50,349 bases of DNA. It comes from Cyanophyceae cyanobacterium. Lineage in GTDB: Bacteria > Cyanobacteriota > Cyanobacteriia > Cyanobacteriales > JBHJGN01. This document shows, piece by piece, positions 10,573-21,109 of this stretch. The stretch's first letter is position 1, and each line of letters begins with the position of its first letter. A model generated the notes under the pieces. The model was not told where the DNA came from, did no database searches, and saw only the letters and a list, made by a program, of their open reading frames with translations. Both the position numbers and the translations under genes were made by a program. Location: positions 1 to 50,349 of the forward strand of contig JBHJGN010000005.1 in NCBI GenBank assembly GCA_050331735.1. Reading direction: 5' to 3'.

Positions 10573-10654
10573 ATATCTAGCTGACGTGCTAGAAAGTTTA
10601 AATTGACACAAAATCAGTAAATCAGGGGATTAATCTGGCAGTATCAGTTGAAAT

Positions 10655-11212
10655 CTATTCGTTCTCTTGAGTATCTTCTGGCTGTTGCCATTCGGTTAAC
10701 TCTCGTTCTACTGCATATTGGAAATCAATTGGTACTAAAAATACCGTGATTTCTTCATCTTGATTAGCTGAATCGATCTGAGCGTAAACGGATTGATTGT
10801 CAAAACTCGGATTGCCTAGAATGAGCTCATGCTGCCCATCTTCTAGCTCAACTTGGATCTCAGCCTGGGGAGTGTCTAAACCGTATTCCTGCTTCTGATC
10901 GGGAGCAATGGTAAAAGAGCGATCGCTCTCCCCCTCTACCAGCAGATTCAGTAAAAAAGAGACAGCAGCATCGCTGGCCAGCACATCTTGCGGCTGCTTC
11001 ATCTGCCAAGCATCGTCATCATTGCGTTCAAACTCTAGCGTTTGTTCTGGCTGCTTAACGACTACCCCCTGAATCTCTGCTTCCTCAAAATCGAAAAGCT
11101 GGTCGGCTGTCGCTTCTCGGCTTGGTCTCTCTTCAATTTCGTTGACGTACACTGTTGCACTCAACACTAAAGCGATCGCCACTAAAAACCAAGTTGACCT
11201 CTGCAATTTCAT
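10655..11212 (-). CDS. DUF4340-family protein
   Basis: N-terminal anchor, WQM and EYGLDTP motifs; typical position after a GldG-type gene. Confidence 0.8.
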   Translation of the reverse strand: MKLQRSTWFLVAIALVLSATVYVNEIEERPSREATADQLFDFEEAEIQGVVVKQPEQTLEFERNDDDAWQMKQPQDVLASDAAVSFLLNLLVEGESDRSFTIAPDQKQEYGLDTPQAEIQVELEDGQHELILGNPSFDNQSVYAQIDSANQDEEITVFLVPIDFQYAVERELTEWQQPEDTQENE

Positions 11213-11243
11213 AGACTAGTCCTCAGCCTTAGCTTTCATTATC

Positions 11244-12863
11244 TCATCGCCGTCGCCACCAGGCGATCGCTGCTGCTATCAAGCCGCCTAGAGGAACAAT
11301 CAATAGCGCTAGCCAGCCAATCACTCCCGCTTGCAGTGCTGTTAAGTTAATGCGGCGATTCTCTGGGGATTTGGGGCGAATTGACAGGGTTTGTTCGTCA
11401 TCCCCCGCTAGCCAATCAACAGAATTGAGAAACACATCTCCGTTAATCTGTTGCTCAAACCAGCCATTTGTGACAAAAGCGGCGTTGCCGATTGCGACTA
11501 GTCGTTGTTCTGTTGCTTCCTCTGATGAAGATGATTCATCTGCTAACTCTTCAGCAGAATTGGTGCTATCTAAAGCCTCATCGTCTTCTAAAGATGCTTG
11601 TGATTGAGCTTCCTCTGACGCTGATTTTGTCAACGCCACCCCTAAATCAAACGGACCCTCAACGTCCTGGGTCGGATTAAACTCAACTTCTTCTTCTAGG
11701 TTGCTTTCTGCCCAAGTTTGCTCGTTGGTAATCAGTAGAGAAACAGCCTGAACTCCTTCGGTTTCTACAGTCCCAATCGGACGCGCTAACGGATACACAG
11801 AAATTCCGTTCGTGAAGTCTTCTGTTACGGGATGATTCCCATAGTTAGTAATCAAAGTCGTGGCCGGACCATAACCAATCAGATTCCCGGTTCCAGAGGC
11901 ATCAATAACCACGCGCTCATCTAGCTCAATGCCCCAATCGTCTAGCAGAGGCTCTAAGCCTGTTTCCGTTTGCGGGTCTAACATCAGCAGTAGACTACCG
12001 CCGTCACTCAAGTACTCTCTGAGGGCAGTGACTTCTCCCTCAAATAACTCCCGCTGGGGACCAGCAATAACAATGGCAGCAGCATCTTGCGGCACGTCTT
12101 CTCGCTCTGCTAAGTTAAGAGCCTCCACGCTGTAACCACGCTCCTCTAAACTCGTGACCGCCTGAGAAAGTCCACCCTCTGTAGCATCAAGAGTCGGTTC
12201 TCCATGTCCTTGCAGAAAGTAAACGGGAATAGTGCGATCGCGCTGAATTTGGGCAATGGCATTGGTTAACCGCACTTCCGACAGCCGTTCGGCTGGGTTC
12301 AGCGTCTGCACCAACTGGTTTTTATCGCCGTACTCTAAATAAACATCTCCCAGCGACTGGACCTGAAACCTCTCCGCCAAAGCAATATTGACCTGGGGAT
12401 CGACAACCTCAAACTCAAAGCGATCGCTCCAGCGCCGATAGTTTTCCAGCAACTCCCGGTCTGCGGCACTGGGGGTCGGGGTAAAAACCCATACTTTCAA
12501 GGGCTGCGGTAAATTCTGGACAATTTCCTGAGACTGAGGCGAGAGAGTAAAGAGACGATTTTCGGTTAAATCAATGCGCTCAGCATAGCGTACGGCTAAG
12601 AAGTTCAGCAGTCCTAAAATCAGCAGAACTGCGCTGGTGGCAATGACTGCATTGGTTCCGGCCTGGGTTGAGCGTTTGCCCCAGAAGCTACTTCTAAAGA
12701 CAGCAATGACTCCTAACCACAAAACCAGAATAACAACTCCACTAGTCAATAAACCGATTGCCGCAGGCGACCAGCTACCAGCCACTACGCGAATGACTAA
12801 ACCAGCCGTCAACAACATCAGACCGGGAATATACAGGAAATTTAAATACCGCGCTTTAGTCAT
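11244..12863 (-). CDS. GldG-family ABC transporter auxiliary component
   Basis: DLTENRLFTLS, YFLQGHGE, IAGP, NGDVFLNSVDWL; TM helices at both ends. Confidence 0.9.
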   Translation of the reverse strand: MTKARYLNFLYIPGLMLLTAGLVIRVVAGSWSPAAIGLLTSGVVILVLWLGVIAVFRSSFWGKRSTQAGTNAVIATSAVLLILGLLNFLAVRYAERIDLTENRLFTLSPQSQEIVQNLPQPLKVWVFTPTPSAADRELLENYRRWSDRFEFEVVDPQVNIALAERFQVQSLGDVYLEYGDKNQLVQTLNPAERLSEVRLTNAIAQIQRDRTIPVYFLQGHGEPTLDATEGGLSQAVTSLEERGYSVEALNLAEREDVPQDAAAIVIAGPQRELFEGEVTALREYLSDGGSLLLMLDPQTETGLEPLLDDWGIELDERVVIDASGTGNLIGYGPATTLITNYGNHPVTEDFTNGISVYPLARPIGTVETEGVQAVSLLITNEQTWAESNLEEEVEFNPTQDVEGPFDLGVALTKSASEEAQSQASLEDDEALDSTNSAEELADESSSSEEATEQRLVAIGNAAFVTNGWFEQQINGDVFLNSVDWLAGDDEQTLSIRPKSPENRRINLTALQAGVIGWLALLIVPLGGLIAAAIAWWRRR

Positions 12864-13078
12864 TGGTTGATGAAAATTGGCAATAGTTTTTGATTCTAAA
12901 GTTTTGAACTCTTAGTTTTAGAGTTTTTCTGCGTTGAGTTTTTAGTTCTAACCTAGATAGTACTTCTTAACCCTCTGAGGGACACAAGCGTAGCAGTCAG
13001 GGCATAAACTATCAACAATGAACCATCTGGGCTTCTTTCGTTGAGAGAAAACCCCCAGATTAAGCCCTCACAATCAGC

Positions 13079-13873
13079 TTAAGAACGCTGGAAGCGGAGG
13101 GCTTCAATCGATTGAGCGGTCAGAAATAGACCGAGAATAATATAGCTAGCAAATAGAACTAGGCTGCTGGTGTCGAGCACTCCCTGAACTAAGCTGTTGT
13201 AGTGCTCAAGCAAAGATAAATGTTTCAATCCTTCTCCTAATGGTCCACCAACGCTATCGGCAACGATATCAATGACCCAGAGGAAGAGAACTAGGGCAAA
13301 GGTAAGAACGGCGGCGAAAATGGTGCTGTCGGTGAGGGAAGAGACAAACATTCCTAAAGAGAGAATCGAGGCTGCCAGCAGAATTAAGCCCGCATGAGCC
13401 AGCAGCGGCACTTCTGGCTGCACAGCAGGCACTGCGGCACTGAAGGCGATCGCCTCGTAAATCAGCAGGGGAACGAGCAAAACGGTAAAGAAAGTGACCA
13501 CGCCTAACAGCTTCCCCAACGCCACAACCCAATTAGTAATCGGTGAAGTGGCCAACAGCTCTAAAGTTCCCCGCTTGCGTTCCTCGGTATAGAGTCCCAT
13601 CGAGAGCATGGGCAGAATAAATAACACCAAAGATCCCATCACCCCGAAGAAGAAATTTAAGAACTCGTAGGCAACATCCACGGTCGGAATCGGAAAGCCC
13701 TGTTGTTCGCTAATGGCAACCTGTTGAATAATTCCCTGTGGACCTAAAAGGATTGATACAAAGAAGAAGCCTGACATCAGCCAGAAGACTGCCGCCACGA
13801 CATAAGCCAAAGGAGAAGCAAAATAACTTTGGAGTTCCTTACGGAAGATAGCGAGGAGGTTGCTGATAAACAT
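13079..13873 (-). CDS. ABC-2 (GldF-like) permease
   Basis: KELQSYFASPLAY and EERKRGTLELLATSP; six TM helices. Confidence 0.9.
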   Translation of the reverse strand: MFISNLLAIFRKELQSYFASPLAYVVAAVFWLMSGFFFVSILLGPQGIIQQVAISEQQGFPIPTVDVAYEFLNFFFGVMGSLVLFILPMLSMGLYTEERKRGTLELLATSPITNWVVALGKLLGVVTFFTVLLVPLLIYEAIAFSAAVPAVQPEVPLLAHAGLILLAASILSLGMFVSSLTDSTIFAAVLTFALVLFLWVIDIVADSVGGPLGEGLKHLSLLEHYNSLVQGVLDTSSLVLFASYIILGLFLTAQSIEALRFQRS

Positions 13874-14025
13874 AGGTTACGACTCAAACGGCACAGAGAC
13901 GAATTCCTTAAAAGTCTAACCGATCGGACAATTTCTTATTTAAGCGTTGATTCATCATTTTTTTTGGGGAGCGATCGCTATTCCGCTTACACTGCTGATA
14001 GGTCCAACGACAATGACTCAAAACT

Positions 14026-15663
14026 ATGCTCGATCTGTGGTACAAAAACGCCGTCATTTATTGCCTAGATGTTGAAGTATTTATGGATGGGAACGGCGAC
14101 GGCATCGGTGACTTTGAAGGACTTACCCAGCGCCTCGACTATTTAGCCGGACTAGGAGTGACCTGTCTCTGGCTTCAGCCCTTCTATCCCTCTCCCAATC
14201 GAGATGACGGCTACGATATCCAGGACTACTACAGCGTCGATCCCCGTTTGGGAACGTTAGGCGATTTTGTTGAGTTCGTGCGCCACGCCCGCGAACGAGG
14301 TTTGCGCGTGATTATCGATCTAGTGGTTAATCATACTTCTGTTGAGCATCCCTGGTTCCAAGAGGCGAGAGCTAACCCCAATTCGCGCTATCGGGATTTT
14401 TACGTTTGGTCCCAAGAAAAGCCGGAGGATGCCGAGGAAGGCATTATTTTTCCGGGTGTACAGGAATCCACCTGGACCTACGACGAGCAGGCTAAAGCCT
14501 ACTATTTCCACCGCTTCTACAATCATCAGGCAGACCTCAATATCGCCAATCCTGCCGTGCGTGAGGAAATTCATAAAGTGATGGGCTTCTGGCTAGAGTT
14601 GGGAGTATCGGGTTTTCGGGTGGATGCGGTTCCGGCTTTAATTGAGTTACGCGCTATCGAAGAACACGCTCAGGTCAGTGAACCCTACGAGTATCTAGAG
14701 GAAATTCGCAATCTGCTGTCCTGGCGGCGCGGCGATGCCATTTTGCTAGCAGAAGCCAACATCAGCATGTCTAAAGTTCCCGACTACTTTGGGGACGGCA
14801 ACAAGATGCAGATGCTGTTTCACTTTGTTGCTAACCAAGGAATGATGCTGGGGTTAGTCCGAGGACAGGCACAACCAATTATCGATGCTCTCAACGCGCC
14901 GCCAGCTATTCCCGCTACAGGCCAGTGGGCACACTTCATTCGCAACCATGACGAACTGTCCCTCGATAAGTTGTCCAAAACCGAACAAGAAGAAGTGGCG
15001 GCTGCCCTAGCACCGGATCAGGAAGCCATGTGGATCTATGACCGCGGGATTCGGCGGCGAATGCCCCCGATGCTGGCAGGAAACGAGCGACGGCTGCGGC
15101 TAGCCTATAGCCTGATGTTAACCCTACCCGGTACTCCGGTGCTGCGGTACGGCGAAGAGATTCTGATGGGGGACGATCTGTCGCTGAAAGAGCGCAACAG
15201 CATCCGGACGCCAATGCAGTGGTCTGACGAAAGAAACGGGGGGTTTTCGACAGCGGCCACGAAAGACCTGGTGAGACCTGTTATTAGCGAAGGCCCTTTC
15301 CGCTATCAGCGTCTCAACGTTGAAGCCCAGCAGCGAGACCCCAGTTCTTTCTTTAACTGGATCGAGAGAGCTATTCGCACTCGGAAAACCTGTCCTGAAT
15401 TCGGTTGGGGCAGCGTTCAAGTCTTGGAAACAGGCAATGAGCAGGTGCTGGCCCATCGCTGCGACTGGCAGGGAAAAACAGTGATCGCCGTTCACAACTT
15501 AGGCGAACAACCTTGTACAGTAAATCTATCTCTGAGCGAGGCCGAAACGAGTCATCTTACAGATTTACTGACAGACAGCTACCCTCAACCTGTCGATGAT
15601 TTTAATCGCATAGAATTAGAAGGCTACGGTCATCGATGGTTTAGAATTAGCGGGCAGCGATAG
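14026..15663 (+). CDS. GH13 trehalose synthase (TreS)-like alpha-amylase family enzyme
   Basis: WYKNAVIY, DGNGDGIGD, RDDGYD, VNHTS and catalytic RVDAVP / AEAN / RNHDEL; no maltokinase domain. Confidence 0.85.
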   Translation: MLDLWYKNAVIYCLDVEVFMDGNGDGIGDFEGLTQRLDYLAGLGVTCLWLQPFYPSPNRDDGYDIQDYYSVDPRLGTLGDFVEFVRHARERGLRVIIDLVVNHTSVEHPWFQEARANPNSRYRDFYVWSQEKPEDAEEGIIFPGVQESTWTYDEQAKAYYFHRFYNHQADLNIANPAVREEIHKVMGFWLELGVSGFRVDAVPALIELRAIEEHAQVSEPYEYLEEIRNLLSWRRGDAILLAEANISMSKVPDYFGDGNKMQMLFHFVANQGMMLGLVRGQAQPIIDALNAPPAIPATGQWAHFIRNHDELSLDKLSKTEQEEVAAALAPDQEAMWIYDRGIRRRMPPMLAGNERRLRLAYSLMLTLPGTPVLRYGEEILMGDDLSLKERNSIRTPMQWSDERNGGFSTAATKDLVRPVISEGPFRYQRLNVEAQQRDPSSFFNWIERAIRTRKTCPEFGWGSVQVLETGNEQVLAHRCDWQGKTVIAVHNLGEQPCTVNLSLSEAETSHLTDLLTDSYPQPVDDFNRIELEGYGHRWFRISGQR

Positions 15664-15796
15664 TTCAGCTTTAACTAAGAGCAGCGGCTGAGCTACAATC
15701 GAGTTATCCAAACTATGCTGCGATGATCTGCGATCTTCAGCAATCGTGGCATTGGATTGATTTTCTTACTTGCGATCCTGACTCTACTCTAGACTA

Positions 15797-16081
15797 ATGA
15801 CAGCACACGCGGGCAACAATGGATGGCAGCAAGCTATTTTAAGCAACACCAAAGCTCTAGGAGGTTTGGAAGTTAAAGTAGACCGTTTAGAAGTCAAAGT
15901 AGATCGAATTGAATCTGATATTGCTACTCTCAAAACCGATGTCGCTACTCTTAAAACTGATATCGGCGAGATCAAGCCAGTCATTAAATGGATCAAGACT
16001 GGCATCGGCATTCTGGGTGCAATCGCTCTCGGCGTAGCGGCCAACTTAGTATTTTCGATCTACCAGTCTTCCTTGCCTTAA
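15797..16081 (+). CDS. Small coiled-coil protein with C-terminal TM helix
   Basis: Heptads LEVKVDR x2 and ATLKTD(V/I) x2 with synonymous DNA differences between copies, then a hydrophobic tail. Confidence 0.75.
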   Translation: MTAHAGNNGWQQAILSNTKALGGLEVKVDRLEVKVDRIESDIATLKTDVATLKTDIGEIKPVIKWIKTGIGILGAIALGVAANLVFSIYQSSLP

Positions 16082-17034
16082 GTTTGATCGACGCCGATTT
16101 CCTGAGTAGTTAGCTCTAAAAAAACATCTTCCAAAGATGGACGAGTGCGACGCAGTTCACACAGTCCTATGCCCGCGTTGACAATCGCCGCCGCAATTGC
16201 TTGCCCAGGTTCTGCGTTTGGAGCCGTAGTGATGTGTAGTACAGTGCGTTCAGGATACTCTGACTGAGCGGTATCTATCTTTTCGACACCGGATATATGC
16301 CGCAGTCGGTGGGAGAGTTCAGCCGAGTTTCCCGTCACTTCAACGGTATAGCCCGTGCTGCCCGCAAGCTGAGACATCAAGGAATCAGGAGTATTGGTTG
16401 CCACCACTTGACCGCGATTGATAATCGTCACGCGATCACATGTCATGCTGACTTCTGGCAGAATGTGCGTTGACAGAATGATTGTATGTTCTCCAGCGAG
16501 GCTTTTAATCAGATGACGCACTTCAATAATTTGGCGTGGATCGAGTCCTACGGTTGGTTCATCTAAAATGATGGCGGGGGGATCGTGAACCAGGGCTTGC
16601 GCAATCCCAACCCGCTGTCGATAGCCTTTGGAAAGCTTGTGAATCAGTATTTTTCGTTTCTCTTCAAGCTGACAGCGCTTGATCGCTGCGCTGACTTTTG
16701 CCGCGCGATCGCCTGCGGGAACTCCTTTAAGACGGGTAACAAAGAACAAAAATCCTTCTACCGTCATTTCAGGATAGAGGGGAGGAGATTCAGGCAAGTA
16801 GCCAATGCGCCGTCGCACCTCCATTGACTGTTCGTGAACGTCATAGCCTGCTATCCGGGCTGTCCCGGTCGTCGCGGGTAAATAGCCAGCTAATATGCGC
16901 ATGGTGGTCGTTTTGCCAGCCCCGTTTGGTCCTAAAAACCCGATGATCTCTCCGTCTGCTACCGAAAAGGCAACATCTTCAATAGCCACCGTGGAGCCGT
17001 AAGTTTTACTGAGATGTTCAACTTCAATCGTCAT
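16078..17034 (-). CDS. ABC transporter ATP-binding protein (GldA-like)
   Basis: GPNGAGKT, LSKGYRQR, ILDEPT, STH. Confidence 0.93.
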   Translation of the reverse strand: MTIEVEHLSKTYGSTVAIEDVAFSVADGEIIGFLGPNGAGKTTTMRILAGYLPATTGTARIAGYDVHEQSMEVRRRIGYLPESPPLYPEMTVEGFLFFVTRLKGVPAGDRAAKVSAAIKRCQLEEKRKILIHKLSKGYRQRVGIAQALVHDPPAIILDEPTVGLDPRQIIEVRHLIKSLAGEHTIILSTHILPEVSMTCDRVTIINRGQVVATNTPDSLMSQLAGSTGYTVEVTGNSAELSHRLRHISGVEKIDTAQSEYPERTVLHITTAPNAEPGQAIAAAIVNAGIGLCELRRTRPSLEDVFLELTTQEIGVDQT

Positions 17035-17189
17035 AGCAGATCTTTGAGTAATCGTAGTGGGTAAGACAGTATCAATAATAGCTATGAGCTCTTAGCTTCA
17101 AGAAAACTCTCAGCTATCTTACAGGTCTTGGAGATTTCACCGAGCGAGCAGCTAATAGCTAAAGGCGAACAGCCGCCAAAGTCTAACGG

Positions 17190-17585
17190 CTAACAGCTTT
17201 TTAAATACCGTTCGATCAATAAAATAGCAACAATATCGTCAATGGGTCGGGGAGGAAGACGCATTCCTGGGGGAATGAGGCGTTGAAATCCTTGAGGCGG
17301 ATACATTTGCCAGTAGCGATCGCGGGCTTCTAGGGAACTGTTGCGTTCATCCACCATTGTTATCGGAATCGCTTGCGTTAGTTGAGCTTTAAGTTGGCGT
17401 TGCCAATCTTTTGCCGTTGTTTGGTTGCCCATCACGATCCGTTCAACCGTAAACTGCTGACAAAGAGCGTTAATTGAGGCGATCACGCAGTCAGCAGCCA
17501 CCACTTGATGATGATGAAGCTTGCCGTTATCGATCACCGCCACCCCACACTTGTCCCGTCCTGGATCGAAACCGAGTAATGCCAT
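17190..17585 (-). CDS. yqgF: YqgF/RuvX-family RNase H-fold nuclease
   Basis: LGFDPGRDKCG, VDERNSS, IDDIVA; usual neighbour of DUF3084-ntcA. Confidence 0.85.
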   Translation of the reverse strand: MALLGFDPGRDKCGVAVIDNGKLHHHQVVAADCVIASINALCQQFTVERIVMGNQTTAKDWQRQLKAQLTQAIPITMVDERNSSLEARDRYWQMYPPQGFQRLIPPGMRLPPRPIDDIVAILLIERYLKSC

Positions 17586-17640
17586 TGAGCGCCAAAGATA
17601 GCAGTAATACTTGTCATTATTTTATGTTGATGAGCTTCTC

Positions 17641-17697
17641 TTTGCCCCTTCCCCTTTTCCCGTCCCGTAGGGACATATTTCCCCGTCGCGCAGCGAC
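17641..17697. repeat. CCCCTTT-type heptamer repeats with embedded mini-hairpins
   Basis: GTCCC-GTA-GGGAC (17662-17674) and GTCGC-GCA-GCGAC (17685-17697); related units occur at 9417 and 48055-48248. Confidence 0.7.
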
Positions 17698-17701
17698 TAT
17701 G

Positions 17702-19171
17702 CTACGTACTAAAAAGCACTCTCCCATCCTGAATAGCAATTAAGCGTAATTTCAGCGGACCTGCCGTATTGGTGTTGTCCAATGCAACCGCCTGTAGTTC
17801 TTCAATGGCCTGATCGGACTGATTCAGTAATTCTACAAAGTTGACTAAATTTCCGAGTCCGTCTTCAATTTCAATTTCTCCTAGAACGCCAGCGCTACGA
17901 GCGCGAAATCGAGAAGCCGAAAGCAGCAAGTCTAGCCTCTTTTGTAAATCTTCCTGATTCATGTCTACATCGACCGATACCGTAGCAATTTCCTCCCCGG
18001 CGTCAAATATTTCTCGATTGGGAGTTAAGTCGGCAAAAACGCGGATTTCATCTTCTCCTTGGGCGTAATTTCTGGCGGCGATAATTCTGACAACGTAATC
18101 TTGTCCATCTTCCAGCCGTTCTTTGAGCTGCTCAACCTGAGCTTTGGTAATCACGACCACGCGCTGATTGTAGTTTGGGTCGTCCGGTTCTGAACTCACG
18201 GCTCGAATTGCGGTGCGATTGGCTTCCTGTAGAAGCTTATCAATGACTGAAATAACGGCATTGGGTTCATCAACGCGTACCGAAGCAAAAGCCAACACCT
18301 GCCCGCGCAGCAGGGCAATTCTGCTTTGCCGCAGCTCCTGATACTCTTGATAGTACCGTTCTAAATCTTCTACTTCTCTTCTGAGGAAGGTGAGTTGTGC
18401 TTCGACCTGCTCGAGTTTCGTTTCTCGGCTCTGTAGTACTCGATCTCGGGTGGCGATCGCCCGGTCAAGTTGAGTAATGCGACTGTCCCGTTGAGCAATC
18501 TCTGTTTGCAGCCTTTCCTGCTGCGCCGCTAGCTGCTGGAGGCGGTTTTCTTTGGTGGCTAAAATTTCGCTTTGAGTGCCAATTTCCTCGCCGAGTTCTG
18601 CTAGTTCTTGGTCTTGCTGCTGAAGCTGTCCCTCAAGCTTTTGAAGCTGCTCTTGTAGCTGAGTGGCCTGTTGGTCTAAGCGATCACGCTGTTCTACTAG
18701 CTGCGATCGCTCATTTAGAAGCGAGCTAATATCCTCTCGCAGAGTTTGCGCTTGACTAGAAATGGTTTTGAGCTGCTCTTGAGCCTGCTGAAAGTTTTGG
18801 TTAATTTGGTCGAGACGCTGTTGCGCCTGGGCCTGTCGAGCCTGGGCTGCTGCTAATTCCTCGACCACCTGTTCTTTTTCTTGGCTGACTCGCTCTAGCT
18901 CTTGCTGAATTTCGCGGCGCTTGGCCAAAATCTCATCGAGGTCAAAAATGCCTTTACGCAGCGATTCACTCAGAGTAAACAGAATTGCCAACGTCAAAGA
19001 AGCAATGGTCGTTCCGGTAATAACGGTGACAACCATGGCGGTTTGCCGAGGACGAAGATTGAACAACCTGAGCCGTGCTTTGCCAACTTTCGTTCCCAGG
19101 CGATCGCCCAATGCCGCGATTAAGCCTCCCAGCAGTAAGATTGATGCAATCAGAATCCAAGCACTGGTCAT
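17702..19171 (-). CDS. DUF3084-family coiled-coil membrane protein
   Basis: GDRLGTKVGKARLRLFNLRPRQTA N-terminus and a long coiled coil; downstream of ntcA. Confidence 0.9.
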   Translation of the reverse strand: MTSAWILIASILLLGGLIAALGDRLGTKVGKARLRLFNLRPRQTAMVVTVITGTTIASLTLAILFTLSESLRKGIFDLDEILAKRREIQQELERVSQEKEQVVEELAAAQARQAQAQQRLDQINQNFQQAQEQLKTISSQAQTLREDISSLLNERSQLVEQRDRLDQQATQLQEQLQKLEGQLQQQDQELAELGEEIGTQSEILATKENRLQQLAAQQERLQTEIAQRDSRITQLDRAIATRDRVLQSRETKLEQVEAQLTFLRREVEDLERYYQEYQELRQSRIALLRGQVLAFASVRVDEPNAVISVIDKLLQEANRTAIRAVSSEPDDPNYNQRVVVITKAQVEQLKERLEDGQDYVVRIIAARNYAQGEDEIRVFADLTPNREIFDAGEEIATVSVDVDMNQEDLQKRLDLLLSASRFRARSAGVLGEIEIEDGLGNLVNFVELLNQSDQAIEELQAVALDNTNTAGPLKLRLIAIQDGRVLFST

Positions 19172-19264
19172 TAGGTCAGGGGGGAACTGAACGAGGTAAA
19201 AGAGAGTGAAGCAGAACCTTAACCTTCCCTAATTGCTGCTCCTTACGGACAGCTCTCGTGTTGG

Positions 19265-19338
19265 TCCTCCTACAGTCCCCCTAACTTTGGGGGGACACCG
19301 ATTGGTCTCCTCCTGAATCGGGGGAGGGCGGAGGGGGC
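19265..19338. repeat. Cyanobacterial REP/MITE-like double-hairpin palindromic element
   Basis: GTCCCCC-taacttt-GGGGGGAC (19275-19296) plus a second C-rich/G-rich hairpin, enclosed by CCTCC...GGAGG. Confidence 0.6.
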
Positions 19339-19359
19339 GTTTCGGCCCCGTGTCCTCGG

Positions 19360-20046
19360 CTAGGTAAACTGCTGGCTTAGGGCAACCGGGTTGTGAACGG
19401 TAATTTTCTTTTTGTGGATGGAAATCATATTTTCCTGCCTCAAATCCCCTAGCAGCCGTGTCACGGTAACGCGGGTTGAGCCAATTGCTTCGGCGATCGC
19501 CTGATGGGAAAGCTTGAGATCAATTCTAATTCCTTCGGCTGTGGGAATGCCAAAATCGCGGCAGAGAATCAGCAAAAAGCTTACCAGTCGAGACCCCATA
19601 TCCCGGTGAGCCAGCGTTTCGATCATCATTTCGGTTTGCAGAATCCGCGAAGAGAGTCCCTGCAACATCAACATCGATAGTTCTGGATTTTCCCGGAAGG
19701 CTTGTTCGACATGCTCGATCGGCGCCGAAAGAAGTTCCACTGGGGTAAATGCCACTGCATGGTAAAATCTGTCGGAGCGCTGACCAGTGATGAGAGAAAG
19801 CACACCAAATACGCTATTTTCCCGGAGCAGCGCGACCGTAATCTCTTCTCCGGCTTCGTAAACTCTCGATAGCTTGACGGCTCCTTTGACAAGGAAGTAG
19901 ACTCGTTCTGCTGGATCTCCTGGGAAAAAAATGGTTTTTCCCCGCTCAAAAACTTCAACAACTGGAGGAAATACCCCACCACCGATTTGACGAAATACAG
20001 AAGCGAGAGGTCTATCTTGAGCAACCGACAGTTCCATTACACTCAT
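19360..20046 (-). CDS. ntcA: Global nitrogen regulator NtcA (CRP family)
   Basis: [47 protein letters not shown]. Confidence 0.98.
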   Translation of the reverse strand: MSVMELSVAQDRPLASVFRQIGGGVFPPVVEVFERGKTIFFPGDPAERVYFLVKGAVKLSRVYEAGEEITVALLRENSVFGVLSLITGQRSDRFYHAVAFTPVELLSAPIEHVEQAFRENPELSMLMLQGLSSRILQTEMMIETLAHRDMGSRLVSFLLILCRDFGIPTAEGIRIDLKLSHQAIAEAIGSTRVTVTRLLGDLRQENMISIHKKKITVHNPVALSQQFT

Positions 20047-20090
20047 AGTTAAGTTTGATCAAAAATGTTTTCGGCAAGAATTAGTGCTTG

Positions 20091-20134
20091 ATAGTAACCA
20101 CAACTTTTAGCTGGATTTCAGTAGCTTTTGGTAT
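20091..20134 (-). promoter_or_regulatory. Possible NtcA-activated promoter of ntcA
   Basis: Minus strand ATA-N8-TAC (20134-20121; one mismatch to GTA-N8-TAC), 24 nt, then TACTAT (20096-20091). Confidence 0.3.
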
Positions 20135-20267
20135 TTTTTGCGGCAAAATTAAGCTGCTGGCATTCAATGTTATTCTATATTGCGCGATCGCTATTCTATT
20201 TCTAAAGAGTATACACAAATATACTACCAATCTACGACTTTAGACCCTTGAAATTACTCTTTGCACC

Positions 20268-21044
20268 ATGCTTGATCTAACTGGAAAAACGGCCCTCGTT
20301 ACTGGAATTGCCAATAACCGCTCGATCGCTTGGGGAATTGCTCAGCAACTTCATCAAGCCGGAGCTAATTTAGGAGTCACTTATTTGCCCGATCCTAAAG
20401 GACGATTTGAGAAGAAAGTTCGCGAGCTGGTAGAGCCGCTGAATCCGAGTATTTTTTTGCCCTGCGATGTTCAAAACGATCCGCAGATTGAGGAAACGTT
20501 CAAAACGATTGCTCAGGAGTGGCAGCAGTTGGATATTCTGATTCATTGTCTAGCTTTCGCAGATAAAGAAGATTTATCGGGCGAGTTTAGCACCACATCC
20601 CGGGAAGGCTTTACCAAAGCATTAGATATTAGTGCCTATTCCCTAACTCGGTTAGCGAAAGAAGCCAAGTCTTTAATGACTCAAGGCGGAAGTATTGTGA
20701 CGCTGACTTATCTGGGGGGAGTAAAAGTGGTGCCCAACTACAATGTCATGGGAGTCGCGAAAGCAGCTCTAGAAATGAGCGTTCGCTATCTGGCCTCGGA
20801 ACTAGGAACGAGCAATATCCGCGTCAACGCTATTTCTGCCGGACCGATTCGGACCTTAGCCTCGTCGGCGGTCGGTGGCATTCTCGATATGATCCATCAT
20901 GTCGAACAGGTTGCTCCTTTGCGCCGAACCGTCACTCAGCTAGAAGTGGGCAATGCTGCCGCGTTTTTGTGCAGCGATTTAGCCAGCGGAATTACAGGGC
21001 AGGTGTTGTATGTTGATGCGGGGTACGAGATGATGGGAATGTAG
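20268..21044 (+). CDS. fabI: Enoyl-ACP reductase
   Basis: [34 protein letters not shown]. Confidence 0.97.
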   Translation: MLDLTGKTALVTGIANNRSIAWGIAQQLHQAGANLGVTYLPDPKGRFEKKVRELVEPLNPSIFLPCDVQNDPQIEETFKTIAQEWQQLDILIHCLAFADKEDLSGEFSTTSREGFTKALDISAYSLTRLAKEAKSLMTQGGSIVTLTYLGGVKVVPNYNVMGVAKAALEMSVRYLASELGTSNIRVNAISAGPIRTLASSAVGGILDMIHHVEQVAPLRRTVTQLEVGNAAAFLCSDLASGITGQVLYVDAGYEMMGM

Positions 21045-21109
21045 AGTCGCTTCGCTCTCGTTCAAAATTATTGCTTCCTGAAATCGAAGGAATGAAAACA
21101 AGATTCGTT

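Noticed and set aside
20209..20225. GTA-N10-TAC palindrome as an NtcA site
   Set aside because: The spacer is 10 nt rather than 8.
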